Assembly (NCBI GenBank): GCA_024679065.1
Contig: JAGIQG010000022.1
Coordinates: 5,952,001 to 6,016,000 of the forward strand
Source of the DNA: Sphyrna mokarran
Lineage: Eukaryota
DNA: 64,000 nt
Direction: 5' to 3'
Shown: piece by piece, positions 49,207-62,492 of the stretch
Layout: every line of letters begins with the position of its first letter
How positions within the stretch are numbered: position 1 is the first letter of the stretch
Notes under the pieces: model-generated
The model's input: the letters and a program-made list of their open reading frames with translations, nothing else
Database searches by the model: none
Told to the model about the DNA's origin: nothing
Program-made: the position numbers and the translations under genes

Positions 49207-50424
49207 AGAGTTTTAAAGTTGGATTCAATGACTATTCCTCATTAAATATTATTCCCTAATTACTTCAGGACGGGGGTTTGTGTTAAAATAATATATACAT
49301 AAGGAGAGATTAATGGATTTTGGTGATTTAACAATGTACATTACAACATTACAACCGTTATAGGCGAGAGAAGGACAATTTAGTTTGAAGAATAAGTCAT
49401 TTTTACTGGTGAACGACACGAGAACCCCCGAGTGTAAATGTATGTATGTTCTATTTACATTGAAACACAAATGATCACGGATAAGGGGTGTAAGCATTTC
49501 TTAAACTGAAGACTAGTGAATCTGGGGTTAATGTTGGCTGAGAAGCATTGAACCCATTGGTGATTCCAGCCTCTGAATTGGAGTTTATCTTATAGCCGTG
49601 TTGCTAATATTAATTGTTAGTTCCAGATTGGTGAAACATCTTTTCTTTATTAATGGTTCAGACTATTTTCCTTTAAAATATTACTCTACCCAGTGCTCTT
49701 TTAAAAACAAACACAAGGCAAGCAAATAATTGTACTTAACCCATTCGATCGCTGGGTTTTGCATGTGCAGTGTCAATTCAAAAATTATCTGCCTTTCAGC
49801 CAATGTTCTAACTAACATGCTTAAAACACACATTTCATAAAAGCAAGATGTTGTCTGCGTGTGTAATATTTGTATAATTCTGAAGTCCCCTGGTGCAGAC
49901 ATTGTTGACCCGATTACAGAAAGTGAAACCAACCCTCACTGTAACATTTCCAAATAACACTCAGGTATATAACTGACATCAGTTGCCATTCATACACGGC
50001 GCTTCCCTTCCTGGTTTTATTAATATAGATAGAGTTATTGTAGAAATAGTGTTAAGAACTGGATTCTTCAAGGAATCAAAGACTGAAATAAAGACCATCA
50101 AAAAAGGGAAATGGTATTGAGAAAACATGAAAAAAACTGGATTTATTTTAACACATTTTTGTCGTATATTAATATGAGTAATTTTAAGTCGAGAGGGATA
50201 TGTATCATTTGATCTACCGCGGGCGTAGATGAACTAATTTTGTCATATTCTGAATTGAGTTTTTAATGTATTTGCGTGTTTTGAGCGAGATAGATGAAAT
50301 ATTATAACTCATATTTAAATATGCACCGACTTTCTAACCAATACCTGACTGAATGCTGAATTCCTTGTGTTATTGATGCTTCTTCAAAGTTGTGTTTATA
50401 TTTGATCTACTTCCATCTCTTCAG

Positions 50425-51047
50425 ATGACAAGTCCGGTGTGGACAGTGACCCTGAACTGGAGGGGCGGGAGGAAGTCTCCGCCGCCATCAGTACCAGCCC
50501 CCCGCGAACGGCAGCGCCCCGAACAAACACTCCACCCGCCGAGCATGCGGGGGGAGACTTGTCGCACCGGCCAAAGCCAGGATCTATCCCGGAGAAAAAG
50601 AAGGAGTCTCTGGAAGCGAGGAGAGACAGTGATATCTGCTTTACTCACAGGAGTTCGGAGAGAGAGAAAGGCGAAGGGCGGAGGAAGGATGAAGCGAAGA
50701 AGGACAGTGAATGTCTGAGTAAAGATACTTACTCTCCGCTCATGATACAGACTGACGGCCCCTCTCACCTAAACGCTGGACATTTGCAGAGCTTGGCTTT
50801 CTCCGGATTACACAACCAGCAGTTCCTTAACCCTTTAAATGTCGGACAACCCCTCTTTATTCACCCGGGTCAGTTTGCAGTCGCTCCCGGAGCTTTCTCG
50901 GCCATGGCCACAGGAATGGGACATTTATTAGCCTCGGTGTCAGGAGCCGGCAGCTTGGACAACGCGACCATCACCTCGGCCCAGAGCTCGGCAGGGGGAG
51001 GCCCACACTTCCCTTTCCATCTCTCGCAACACGTCTTGGCTTCTCAG
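50425..51047 (+). CDS. TBX2: TBX2 coding exon 6
   Basis: Acceptor ttcag; ...[32 protein letters not shown]...[12 protein letters not shown]; donor gtaagc; phases fit exons 5 and 7. Confidence 0.96.
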
Positions 51048-53467
51048 GTAAGCAAGTCCCGAGTGTTACTTTGCATTGCCTGAACTCATTTCTCAAGCCC
51101 ACCTTGAGTGGGAGATTTGCCATTCAATGTAAACATCGAGGTATAGAATAAATCGATCGCAGAGAATGAAATCAACCTTTAGTTTAGGGACCTGAACCGT
51201 TTGCAAATAAAACCTTTTTTAAAAAACATTAAACACTCCTTCCTGACCTTCTCCGAGATTTTCTCGCCTTCCCTTTTGATGTTTGGGAGTCCGGCTTCAG
51301 TATCCCGGAATATTGCATTTAGATTGCAGCAAGAGAGGGAAATGGAGAGAGAAAAACACATTCCCTGACAGGGGACGGGAAAACCCAAAGGGCAGACAGA
51401 GAATTGAAAACAAAACAGGAAACATTAACATAACATTAATCAGAGAGAGGGAGAGAAAGGGGGAAAACAATTGAATAATGAAAGGAATTGTATAAAAGGG
51501 AGAATGGAAGAGGAGAGTCTGAACTGTTTAAAATATTTTTGGGTTATGTCCTTTAAGCTATTATTGCCGCTGCGGTGCTCCCTGTCTTGTCAGTGCTGAG
51601 ATAATTCTATGAATCGCAGGTTAATAGTCCGACTCTGTCTGATAATATGAGGGAATGTATTTAGATGCCCCATTGAGCACAGGGCTAAATCAGTACTCTA
51701 TCAAAGTGAACAGCCGGGACTCTGGTGGACTCACGGGATTTAGATTCCAAGTGTAACACCTGGAACATTCATTCTAAGCATCCTGATCAGCCTTAATCCG
51801 GATTCAATCATTTATTCGTCAAAAAAGCAGCGTTTTAACTCAGGTTGGGGGAGAAATTTAACTCTCCACATTTTAACATGAAATCATCAAATCCATGTTG
51901 AGAGGAGACCAATCAATAACTTTTAATCCATGCCCAACAGTTCTGAGCAAAGGTCCATGGATGACTGATTGCTAAATTCTGTCCCTGTGAGTGAGTCAAC
52001 AGGCTCCATAGTCCAAGCCCATGTTTGAAATAGATTGTGTGTGTGTGGTGTGTGGGGGGGGGGGGGGGGGGGGGGGAATTGTGCAGCAACATGGCAGATC
52101 CCCTTCATCCAATTCATAATGATGGGAACAGTGTCCTCTCTTTAATTGGGTATAGCTGGAGAAACCTTAAAGTGGGGAGCATTTTGGGTGTTTTACCCTT
52201 TGATACAAAGCAATAGTGAAACTTCTACAACACGCATCAATCTATGATATAAACTACATATGTTTAAATATATTGATGTGTATGTTCAGGATGTATATTC
52301 ATCATAGTATGTACAGAGTATATAGGATATATGTGTCTGTGGTAACAGGTGTGAGTCCATTTTAAAGATGTTTTTCTGTGTGGGGCCGATTAACCAACCG
52401 TTCATTTGATTATTTATACAATTTATTCTGACAATGCTTAGATTTGACTATTGGATAAATCAGCATTATAATGCTACACTGAGTTCTATTTAGTTGGCCA
52501 TCAAAAATTCTGACAGATTCAATTGCGTTTGGTTAATCTAGATCCAGAAAGATACTGGGATGATCGCAGACCTAGAAAAATAAGCATATTTCTTTCTCTT
52601 GTTTATTCATTTATCTACACGCCAATACTTCCATCTCTCCATGCACAGGAGAATATGCTTTGTGCCTACGGTTAATAATCTTTCTTTCCAAGTAAAGAAT
52701 TCCTATTCCAATTATGAAGTTTTATTGTCAAATTAATGAACTGTTTTATTGGCGTTGATCTGTGTTTAAAAGGGTGCCAGATAATGCAAGGCGTGCGGCT
52801 CTGAGAATGCAGCTTAATACATTCCAGCTAAAACCCGGAGAATGGGGCAGCCCCCATTGTAGACTCCTGCACCTGTGGGGTCCTTGTAGCTGAACAGAAA
52901 ACTATAGAGTCCTGTAACCCTTGATGGGCAGCTGGGTAAAAAGGCCAAGAGTGTTTGTATACCTTTTGGAATCTTTTGGCACTTCCGATTGGGCATATCT
53001 GATCTCTGGGTTCAAACTGAACATTCATCTCTGCGTTTTCAAAAAGCCCCATTTGTTTATTTTTCAGTGTGCCTTTGATCCAATGTTCAGCAATAGAGTG
53101 AGGCCATTCAGCCCCTCCAGCATATACGCCATCCAGTTAAATTGAGTTGCTGATTTATTGGCTCCGTGAACTTGAATACCTGGAGCCAGAATTTAAAATA
53201 AATTTCTGCATTTTTAAACATTTTCAGTTGCTTCCCGGCCTCAGGAAGGAAAGTTCTAAATGCTCCCTATCTTTTCAGCCCCATTTCGTGTTATTTTCTT
53301 TCAGAATCCCCATCAGAATTGTCACCAATTGAGAAGGTCACTTTCTTGAAGTTGTTTCAAATGGTGCTAAATATCTTTTGAGTTTGCTGTAACTCTTCAC
53401 TGTATGATGGTACTCACCAGCTGTTTTTCTCTGTCCAACCCCCTCCCCTTCTTGTTTGATAATACAG

Positions 53468-53926
53468 GGGATTCCAATGACCACTTTTGGAGGACTTTTC
53501 CCCTATCCGTACACCTACATGGCAGCGGCCGCCGCAGCCGCCGCTTTGCCCAACAGTTCCGGGGCCCCGTCCTCTCTCCATCGGCACCCTTTCCTGAGCG
53601 GCGGACGACCCCGGCTTCGCTTCAACCCCTACCCGATCCCGGTCTCCATCCCCGCCAGTACCAACCTCCTCACCACGGCCATGCCCTCGGCGCTGGGCGG
53701 CTCCGACAGCAAGCTGTGCAGCCGAGACTCCAGCCCCGTCTCCGTCGGCTTGGCCCCCGAGCTCAACCACAAAAGCAACGGAGGCAGCTTAAGGACTGGG
53801 GCCAGCTCCCTCTCCCCCAAGCCAAGCGCCAAGGAGGCCATCAACGAACTGCAGAATATCCAGAGATTGGTGAGCGGCTTGGAGAATAGCCAGGAAACAC
53901 CTCCAGCTCGGGACTCTCCTAAATGA
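53468..53926 (+). CDS. TBX2: TBX2 coding exon 7 (final)
   Basis: Acceptor tacag; [28 protein letters not shown]...[12 protein letters not shown]...[13 protein letters not shown]...RDSPK; stop TGA 53924-53926. Confidence 0.97.
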   Translation, partial: GIPMTTFGGLFPYPYTYMAAAAAAAALPNSSGAPSSLHRHPFLSGGRPRLRFNPYPIPVSIPASTNLLTTAMPSALGGSDSKLCSRDSSPVSVGLAPELNHKSNGGSLRTGASSLSPKPSAKEAINELQNIQRLVSGLENSQETPPARDSPK

Positions 53927-54581
53927 ACCGCTTTGATCCATTGTTGGGGCATCGGGACTAGCAATAGATGCAGACAAAAAAAACAACCTCACAGTGCAGA
54001 TCCCTTCCGACCGAGGGGAGAGGTGGGAGGTCGGATGGTGTCCAGAGGCAGAGGCACCCAGTGCTCACAGCGTAGGGATAGGAGCAGAAGTGTAAAATGT
54101 GGTGCAACTTGCAGTAAAGGAACGACCACTTGGCTATAAAAAAACCCCGCATAAGATAAATGTACCTTCACACAAGAAAAGAAGGAATTTTGCTATTTAT
54201 GTAATTAATTAGTAATTTTGTGTAAATAAGCTATGGATGGCAGAATATGCAAATCGGTATTAATTTATTCAGTTGTAAATTCGCGTGTACATATATTAGA
54301 GTTTAATTCCTTGCATTTTAATGTTTTTTTTCTTGTTTTGTTTTACACACAAACATCACAGTATATTGTAAATGAAATATATAGCGCATCGGGAAAGTGT
54401 GTGTGTGAGAAAGAATGAATGAGTTTCTAATTGTGTTTTATAAATCTATTCCGCCTGCTTTCCTGAAAACGGTTTTTAAACCACAATGTGCCATCCATTA
54501 CATCAATGCTACTCCAGTGTTACCTGTTCTTTTTTAAAAAAAAATAACTGCTCTCTGTACTGTACCATGCTACAGATTTAA

Positions 54582-54587
54582 AATAAA
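54582..54587 (+). terminator. TBX2: Probable TBX2 polyadenylation signal AATAAA
   Basis: First canonical AATAAA I found after the stop codon, ending an AU-rich ~660 nt 3' UTR; alternatives at ~54724 and ~54812. Confidence 0.6.
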
Positions 54588-57500
54588 TCAAAAAAAAGAA
54601 ACATTTCTAAAGTCCTGTGCCAGCGGGTTATATAAAGAATACCGCTTTCACCTCAGGTTGATTTCACCTCTCGGTGTGGATTTCCGGTGAGACTCTCACT
54701 GGGTTATCTACAAAGCGGCTTCAAATAAAAAAAGACAAAAAAAATTCAAATTGTGTTGGTTATTCGGGTAATCTATCAGCAATTAAAAAAACGAATTCTC
54801 TCACAACTTTCAATAAATATTTTGAAGTGAAACTTCTGCTTGTGATACATTTAGTCGAACTTGTATCCCTATGGAAGCATAAAGCCTGTGTGTGCGTGTG
54901 TCTTAACGTGTGACTATATGTATACACGTGTCATTGTATGTAAGTATTTACTTATGTGTATTTGACCCTTGCAAAAATCATTTGAAATTGTACGCATAAT
55001 TTTTAAGGAATATGTCACATTAAAGGACCTTAGTCCCAACCCTTGCCGTCAACGATGAAAGATATAAAAACTCAGCTTAACTTAATTAGGATCGAATATT
55101 GAATACTTTGTGGGAGCAAATTCTTGTTTTAGATCGGAATTCTAGTACATTCCATGTATATACATCATGCTACATTCTCTCACATGGCCTTTGTCACACA
55201 CTGCGATTCCATTCCCCAGAAAATAAATTAATTATTACAAATTCTGAAGGGCATGTTCTCTGGAAGGTGTGATCAGCAGCACTGGATTTATTCTGGCCAG
55301 TTCAACTTTAGGATTTATCTCGTGCTTGGGACCCCTTTTGCCTGGGCCCATTGTGAATTTCACAGATTGGCGTTGTTTGAGGTGTTGGATTATGTTAGAT
55401 TTGGGAGTTATTTTCACACTGCAGCTTAATTCAAACGCAGAATACACCCTTTGAATCTTAAACAAGATGCACTTGGACCCGTTCTGAACATATATCAGAA
55501 CTTCTCACTAGCGTTTTGGCAATAATTATTACACTGTGTATACTGATAGCTTCACATCTCCTGGCGGCTGTAGATTTGCCTTGGGATCGAATCTTTAGTA
55601 CTTAGAAAAATAAGAGGGCAGAGTTTAAGGATCTAGTAGTTCAGGTGAATGGTCATGTTCCTATTTAGGCACTTTGATTTTAAGTGGAAACGCAGCAAGG
55701 CGCCACATAATATCAAAGGAGTTCAGGTTTTATACTCAAAATATGTCATAAATGCACAAAATACCTCTTCATCATCTGGAAACAATACACTGAGGAAGTG
55801 GCTTCAATGAAGTGATCGATATAAGGAAATTATTCCAATTTTTTCAAACATTTCTTAGAAGTCGCAAAATGACTTTTTAATCAGTTAGGCGTCTATCTGG
55901 GGAACGTGACTGGTCTCCGTGTGTTAAGAGGGGACCGACTCCCAGCACAAAATATGCAACTCATTTTATAGAATCCTTTAGCTTAGGCAGACCAAATGCA
56001 GGATGGCCAATCCATGACCCGCTTGTTGAGTGTTGGGGTGAAAGTTCTGGAGCAGCAGCACAGAAGGGGAATTGGGAGGAAGGACAATTCTCGCTCCCAC
56101 GGAAAAGTTAGGGGAGGAACCGAATCCTAACAAAGTTAGCCAAGAATGGCAATTCGTTATAACATAGATCTGCATTCATTGTCTTAATGTCCCATCTCAT
56201 CCACATAGTCACATACACACACATATACACAAGAGGGACATACACACAGACCTACAAAGGCACAGATCATTATGACTGGTATACACTCAAACACATAACA
56301 CACAGACCAGCTAGATGTTTAACAGATGAATGGCTCATATAGCTACACTCCCAAGTCACACACACAAACACGTCTGCACTCAACAAACATGTACACGCAC
56401 GGATACCTACTCAGGTACACAGATACATATCAGCTGAGATATACAGAGCTGGACTGCTCACATGAGGGGACACACATACACAAATGGACATCGAAAACCT
56501 CAGCAATAAATTAGTTTGAAGTATTTCACATTTAGCCAGCCCCGTTAGCTGAAGATTTCCTTCTTAAATTCATTGGTGAGAATTAATTCAGGAGGATTAA
56601 TTCTCGCCAATGAATTTAAACGAGATTCACAGTTTTTTGCAACTAAATCCACAAACGCAAGCCTGAGAAAGTTATCGTCGGGTGGGCTGCGTTTAGCAGA
56701 TTTTAAATTTTTCCAGAAAGTGCCCAAAAAGTTTGTTTGAAAAGTGACCTCGCGGATTTCGCCGTTCCCCTGGCTAACAGGAGACCGCTTTCGAGTCTCA
56801 TATAACCCAGAAATTAAAAAAAAAATCACTTTGATGTCTGGATTGATGCGAGGTCGCGCTTAAGTACTTTAAATTCAACCTGGCGGCTTTAAGTTCAGAC
56901 CATTAATGTATGAAATAAACAGTCTTTTCCTCGCCAATTACCGATTACTCCGTACCGGCAAGATTTACGAGGTTTTGTGTCAGAAGTTTGATGGCTTCAT
57001 TATCAGCTCCCTGCTGAGATTTGACGCTGTTTGGGCGCCACCTCCCGGACTGGTGCAGCATTGCTGGGGGGGTGGAACGGGGGCGGAGGGGGTGGGGGGG
57101 GGGGGGGGGGGAGGGGGAGGGAATTTGCAACTTGCCCTGAGACTGGCAAGAGTCACGGACTTGGTTCCAGTTCCTGTTTTTTTTAACGCACTTTCACTAA
57201 ATGCCGAATTAATCCCGACAAAAAGTGACTTAACTCAGGTGCGCAAACAGGGGGAACTTTCAGAAGTTTATACACTTTGGGAGAGGCAATTTAATGCTGG
57301 CAGGAAGCGAAATTGTGAGGTTAGTTTTTAATGAATGAAGAAGTGAGATATTTTCTCCGTTCACTGACAATTCTCCAGGATCCTTTTGGATCTGTTGCTG
57401 CTGAAAGCCAGCACTTGTTTTCTGTTTACTTTCCACTCGTTGATTTACTATCGATCTTTATTAACTGCTGCATTCTCGGTAAATATTTAAGCTTATTCAT

Positions 57501-58302
57501 TCTCTGTGGGGAAATCACCGGCATCTTAACGCTGGAATATTGATCGTTGCTGTAGTCTAGCTCAGCTCACGGGGCTGTACTTGGGATGAAAGCCGTTCTC
57601 TACACGACCGGGAGAAATCCATGTTATATTTATGTTCTGGGGAGACACATTTGTACACACAGCTGGCCTCAGTGCGTGCAATCTCCTACAGAATTATACT
57701 TACCATATCGGATCTGTGAATGATAAAGGTCACATCCTCAAAATTCCTGAATTAAAATGTTGTTTTAAATTTTGCACGATTGATATAACGTACATGTTGC
57801 CATGGATAACAGTGTGAGATTGCTGTTCTCTCTCTCTCTGCTGTTGTCCTTAACATCCCCATGGCCAACTTCATTTCCACACGTTTGAGTAGGGTGGGAC
57901 TGACACGACGTTGCAAACAGCAGCTGACTGACTATTGCCGCCCGGATCAAAACAGACCCACAACGGAGAATTGTAGAGAGGAATATAAAGAGGAAGAGAC
58001 TCAGAACGAAAGGCATCGAGAAACAGCGATAAGAGTGGACGATAGCGACAGAGAGAATCGCAAAGTCTGTAAAAGACACTGTGAGAGACAGCGGTAGAGG
58101 GAATAATAGAGACAAAGGGAGCATAGGAGATGTTATTCGGAGAATTATAGGGAGAGAGACTGAGATGGAGAGAATTAGAGGGAGGGATGGAAAGAGAATT
58201 ATGGAGATAGAGAGGGAGCGGGAGATAGTTATAGAGAGAGAGGGACAGAATTATAGAAACAGAGGGGGACAGCAATAGGGGACAGTGTGTATTAAACTGA
58301 GA

Positions 58303-60260
58303 TGGCCTCACCACCAACAGATCAGATCAAACCTCTGCAGTCCTGCCACAGCTAGTGGTGAGTGCTGGTGGAAAACTAATCAACTAACTCGGGGTGGGGT
58401 CCAAAAACATCCTCATCCTCAATGAGGGGAAAAAAGAACATCTGTGTAACCAACAAGGCTGCAGCAATTGCAACCATCTTCAGGCAGATGTGTGGAGTGA
58501 ATGATCCCTGTCGGTCTTCTCCTGAAATCCCAGAATTACAGATGCCAGTCTTCAACCAAATCAATTCACTCCACATGATATTAGTGCATTGTATATAGTA
58601 AAGATGATAGTAAAGAACATCCTGGTACTGAAAACCTGTGCTCCAGAACCAGCCATAACTCCAGCCAAGCTGTTTGAGTTATAGCTATAATGTTGCCTCC
58701 TAGTGAAAAGTTGCCCAGGTATATCCTGTTCATAAAAAGCAAAACAAATTCAACTCAGTCAATTACTGTCCCATCAGTCTATGCATGATCATCTGCATTT
58801 GGATGGAAGGTGATTTGACAGTTAAAAAGCTACCAGGCTGCAGATTACAGCCTTGATCCAAACAGGGACCATAGAATATAGAATCTCTCCAGAAAGAAGC
58901 CATCTAGCTCATCAAATCTGTACTTTCACTCTGAAAGTGCATCCCACTCAAGCCCTTCCCTATCCCCATAACCCCATGCATTTACCTTGGCTAATTCACT
59001 TAACCTAAATATCTTTCGACACTAAGAGAATTTAGTTTGGCCAATCCACCTAACCTGTACACCTTAGGACTGTGGGAGGAAACCAGAGTGCCAAAAGGAA
59101 ACCCACACAGACATGAGGAGAATGCACAAACTCCATACAATCACCCAAGCTGGGAATTGAACCCAGGTCCCCAGCATTGTGAGGCAGCAGTCCTAACCAC
59201 TGTGCCAGCATGCCACACAAAAAGAGTTGGACTCTTTTTGTGTGAAAGAGTTGAACTCAAGAGGTGAGGTGTCTGTGACTGTCCTTGACATCAATGCAGC
59301 ATTTGACTGGGTGTGGCATTAAGTGCCCCGTAAAACTGGAGTCAATGGGAATCAGGGGAAAAAATGCTCCACTGGTTAGCACAAAGGAAGATGGTTGCGG
59401 TGGTTAAAGGCCATTCAGCTCAGTTCCAAGGATATTGCTGCAGGAAACCCTCAGGATAGTATCCAAGACCCAGTCACCTTCAGCTGCTCCATCAATGACC
59501 ACCTCTCTATCATAAGGTCAGAAGTGAGGATGGGAGCTATTGATTGCACAGCATTTTGTACCATTTATGATTCCTCAGATTCTGAATAGTCTGTGTCCAT
59601 ATTCGGCAAGATCTAGGCAACATTCAGGCTTGGGCTGATAACTGGCAAGTAATTTCATATCCCATAAGTGCCATGCAATGACCACCCTCAACAAAACAGA
59701 ATCCAACCATCATCCCTCGATATTAATGATATTACCATTGCTGAATTTCCCACTATCAACATTTTGAAGTTAATATTGACCTGAAATTGAATTGGACTAG
59801 TCATATAAATACTCTGGCTACAGAACAGATTAGAGACTGGGAATTCAGTGGTGAGTAACTCACTCCCCAACTATTGAAGCCTGTCCAGTATCCACAAGGC
59901 ATAAGTTAGGAATGTGATGGAATACACCCCAATTTCCTGGATGGGTGCAGCTCCAACAACACTAAAGAAGCTCAACCCAATCCACTTGATCCAGTATCTT
60001 AAATAGACACTTCCTCCACCATTGCACAAGTGACAGCAATGTGACCATTTACAAGATTAACTGCAGCAACCTGCCAAACCACCCTTCAATAATACCTTCC
60101 AAACCTGTGAACTTACTGACTAGAAGCACAAAGGCTACAGGCATATGGGAACATCACCACCTGCAAGTTCCTCTCCAACCTACTCATCATTCTGACTTGG
60201 AAATTTCTCGCTGTTTTTCATTGTTGCTAAATTAAAATCCTGAAACTCTTTTCTTAATAT
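58303..60260 (+). mobile_element. Decayed CR1-clade LINE ORF2 (reverse transcriptase) and 3' region
   Basis: Decayed RT motifs VLDINAAFDWVWH (~59280-59320) and GNPQDSIQDPVTFSCSINDH (cf. GVPQGSVLGP..F..FINDL); many stops and frameshifts. Confidence 0.85.
58870..59213 (-). mobile_element. HE1-like V-SINE nested in the LINE
   Basis: Reverse complement reads ggcatgctggcacagtggttaggactgctgcctcac...gggttcaattccc; CR1-like tail at the left end. Confidence 0.9.
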
Positions 60261-60574
60261 TGGAAAATGTTAATATTTTCCATTGATTCCTGAGCTCTAG
60301 TCATGAATGAATATATATTTCAGATCCTTCTTCACAATGATACCCTCCACATTTAAAAAAAACTTTTGTCTTTAAAACAAACTTTAAAATGTTTGAAATA
60401 TCTGTGGAGAAAGAAACGGAGAGACACCAAATTATGTTCAACTTGAACTGTTTTACTTTATCAGGCCACTCTCTGCTGATTAATAAATTCAACTCTTATT
60501 ATAAGTGTACCAGGAGTGAAGATTGAAATGAGTTGGTCAGAATCTCATTACTGAATCTATATATTATGTTTTTT

Positions 60575-60730
60575 CTATCATTCTGGATGAGTACATGAGT
60601 AGGGAAGGAATAGAGGGATATGTACCAAGTGAGGAAAGATGTTTTTTTTAAGTTTATTTAAGGCAACATGATCGACAAAGGCTTGGTGGGTCAAAGGAGC
60701 TATTTGTGAACTGTACTTTGTTCCTCATTC
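60575..60730 (+). mobile_element. CR1 3' tail fragment
   Basis: ctggatgagtacatgagtagggaaggaatagagggatatg...ggcttggtgggtcaaagg...ctgtactttgttc. Confidence 0.65.
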
Positions 60731-60836
60731 TCTTGGAGCTGTATCTACTCACTTACTGCAGCTTCCTTCCTATTTTTATTCTTTCCTGGGATGTGGGTGT
60801 CACTCATATTTATTGTTCATCTTCAATCACCCTTGA

Positions 60837-61456
60837 GAAGATGGAATTGTAGATATACCCATAGTTACGATAGGAAAGGAGGTTCAGGAATTTAACCCAG
60901 CAAAACGGTAAAAAATGATGATTGATTTCCAAGTCAGAATATTGTGTAACTTGGAGGGGAACTTGCAGGTGGTGATGTCCCCTTGTGTCTACAGTCTTTG
61001 TGCTTCTAGACGGTAGTGGTCACAGGTTTGAAAGTCAAACGAAGCTTGGTGGGTTGCTGTAGTGCAACTTGTATATGTTACACTCAGCTGCTACTTGTGC
61101 AGCAGTGGAGGGGGTGACTGTTTAAGATGGAATCAAAGGTGTAATATCAACATTTTTGGATGACACCAAATTATGGGAATTGCAAACCGCAATATTGATT
61201 GTGAAAGAGTGCAGCAAGATAGTTTGAAGAATGAAGAGTTATTTGGTAAGCCTCCTTTGACTTTCAAACCTGTGACCACTACCGTCTAGAAGCAAAGACT
61301 GCAGACACAAGGGGACATCACCACCTGCAAGTTCCCCTCCAAGTTACACAATATTCTGACTTGGAAATCAATCATCATTTTTTACCGTTTTGCTGGGTTA
61401 AATTCCTGAACCTCCTTTCCTATCGTAACTATGGGTATATCTACAACTCCATCTTC
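60837..61456. repeat. Near-perfect ~210 bp inverted repeat with ~200 bp spacer
   Basis: 60837-61047 is the reverse complement of 61248-61456, with about 4 substitutions and one 2-bp indel by eye. Confidence 0.95.
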
Positions 61457-61609
61457 AATATGCAAAATATAAAGTGAAACATTTGGGGAATAAAAGTAGG
61501 AATATAATGGTTCTGTTACTGCATTTGTGGTACAGTGAATATGAGTCTGATGCCTGCTGTGGGAATTGGAATTGATATTCTTCCATGTGATGTGGGCAGC
61601 TCTGCAGAA

Positions 61610-61938
61610 CTAGCATTTATTGTCCATCAACAATTGCACTTGAACTGAGTTTCCTGCTTGGCATTTAACAATGCAGTTAAGAATCAACCACATTGCTGAG
61701 GCTCTGCAGCCACATATAGGCCAGACTAGGTAAGAATGGCAGATTTCCTTTCCTAAAGGACATCAGTGAACAGGAGGGTTTTTACAACAATTGATGATAA
61801 TTGTTCTGAGCACCATTACTGAGACTAGCTTTGATATTCCAGATTTAGTCATTAAATTTAATTTCCACCAGCTGCTATGTTGGGATTATGAGTTCAGTGA
61901 TATTAGTCCAGTGACATGATCACTATACCACTATCCCT
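61610..61938 (-). mobile_element. SacSINE1/Deu-like SINE
   Basis: Reverse complement matches the split element at 7415-8130 (gtcactggactaat...ctggaat...aaagctag...ggcctatatgtg...ctcagttcaag). Confidence 0.7.
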
Positions 61939-62084
61939 CCCCCAGTAAAAAAGAAAGTAAGTAATTAGATTGTCCTAAAATCCAAACTGAAACATTAGTA
62001 TCATTTAGGGAAGGAAACCCACCATCCTTACTTTGTCTGATCAATTTGTGGTCTTAAAAACACTCTAACTTAACTATCCTTCGA

Positions 62085-62492
62085 AGAAACTATAATGGGT
62101 TGTGAATGTGGCCCAATCCATCACACAAACTAGCCTCCCATCCATTGACTCTGTCTATACTTCCCGTTGCTTTGGCAAAGCAGCCAGCATAGTGAAGGAC
62201 CCTACACATCCTGGACATTCTCTCTTCAACCTTCTCTCATCAAGAAAAAGATATACAAGTCTGATGTCATATATCAATAGACTCAAGAACAGCTTCTTCC
62301 CTGCTTCCATCAGACATTTGAATGGACCCACCTCCCATTAAGTTGATCTTTCTCTGCAACCTAGCTATGATAGCTTGCACTACATTCTGCACTCTCCCCT
62401 TTCCTTCTCAATGAACGGTATGTATTATCTGGTTTAGCACAAGAAACAATACTTTCACTGTATACTAATACATGTGAATAATAAATCAAATT
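62085..62492 (+). mobile_element. Rex/Babar-type LINE 3' end
   Basis: ORF 62102-62341 SLPSIDSVYTSRCFGKAASIVKDPTHPGHSLFNLLSSRKRYTSL...RLKNSFFPASIRHLN matches the Rex1/Babar ORF2 C-terminal pattern. Confidence 0.85.
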
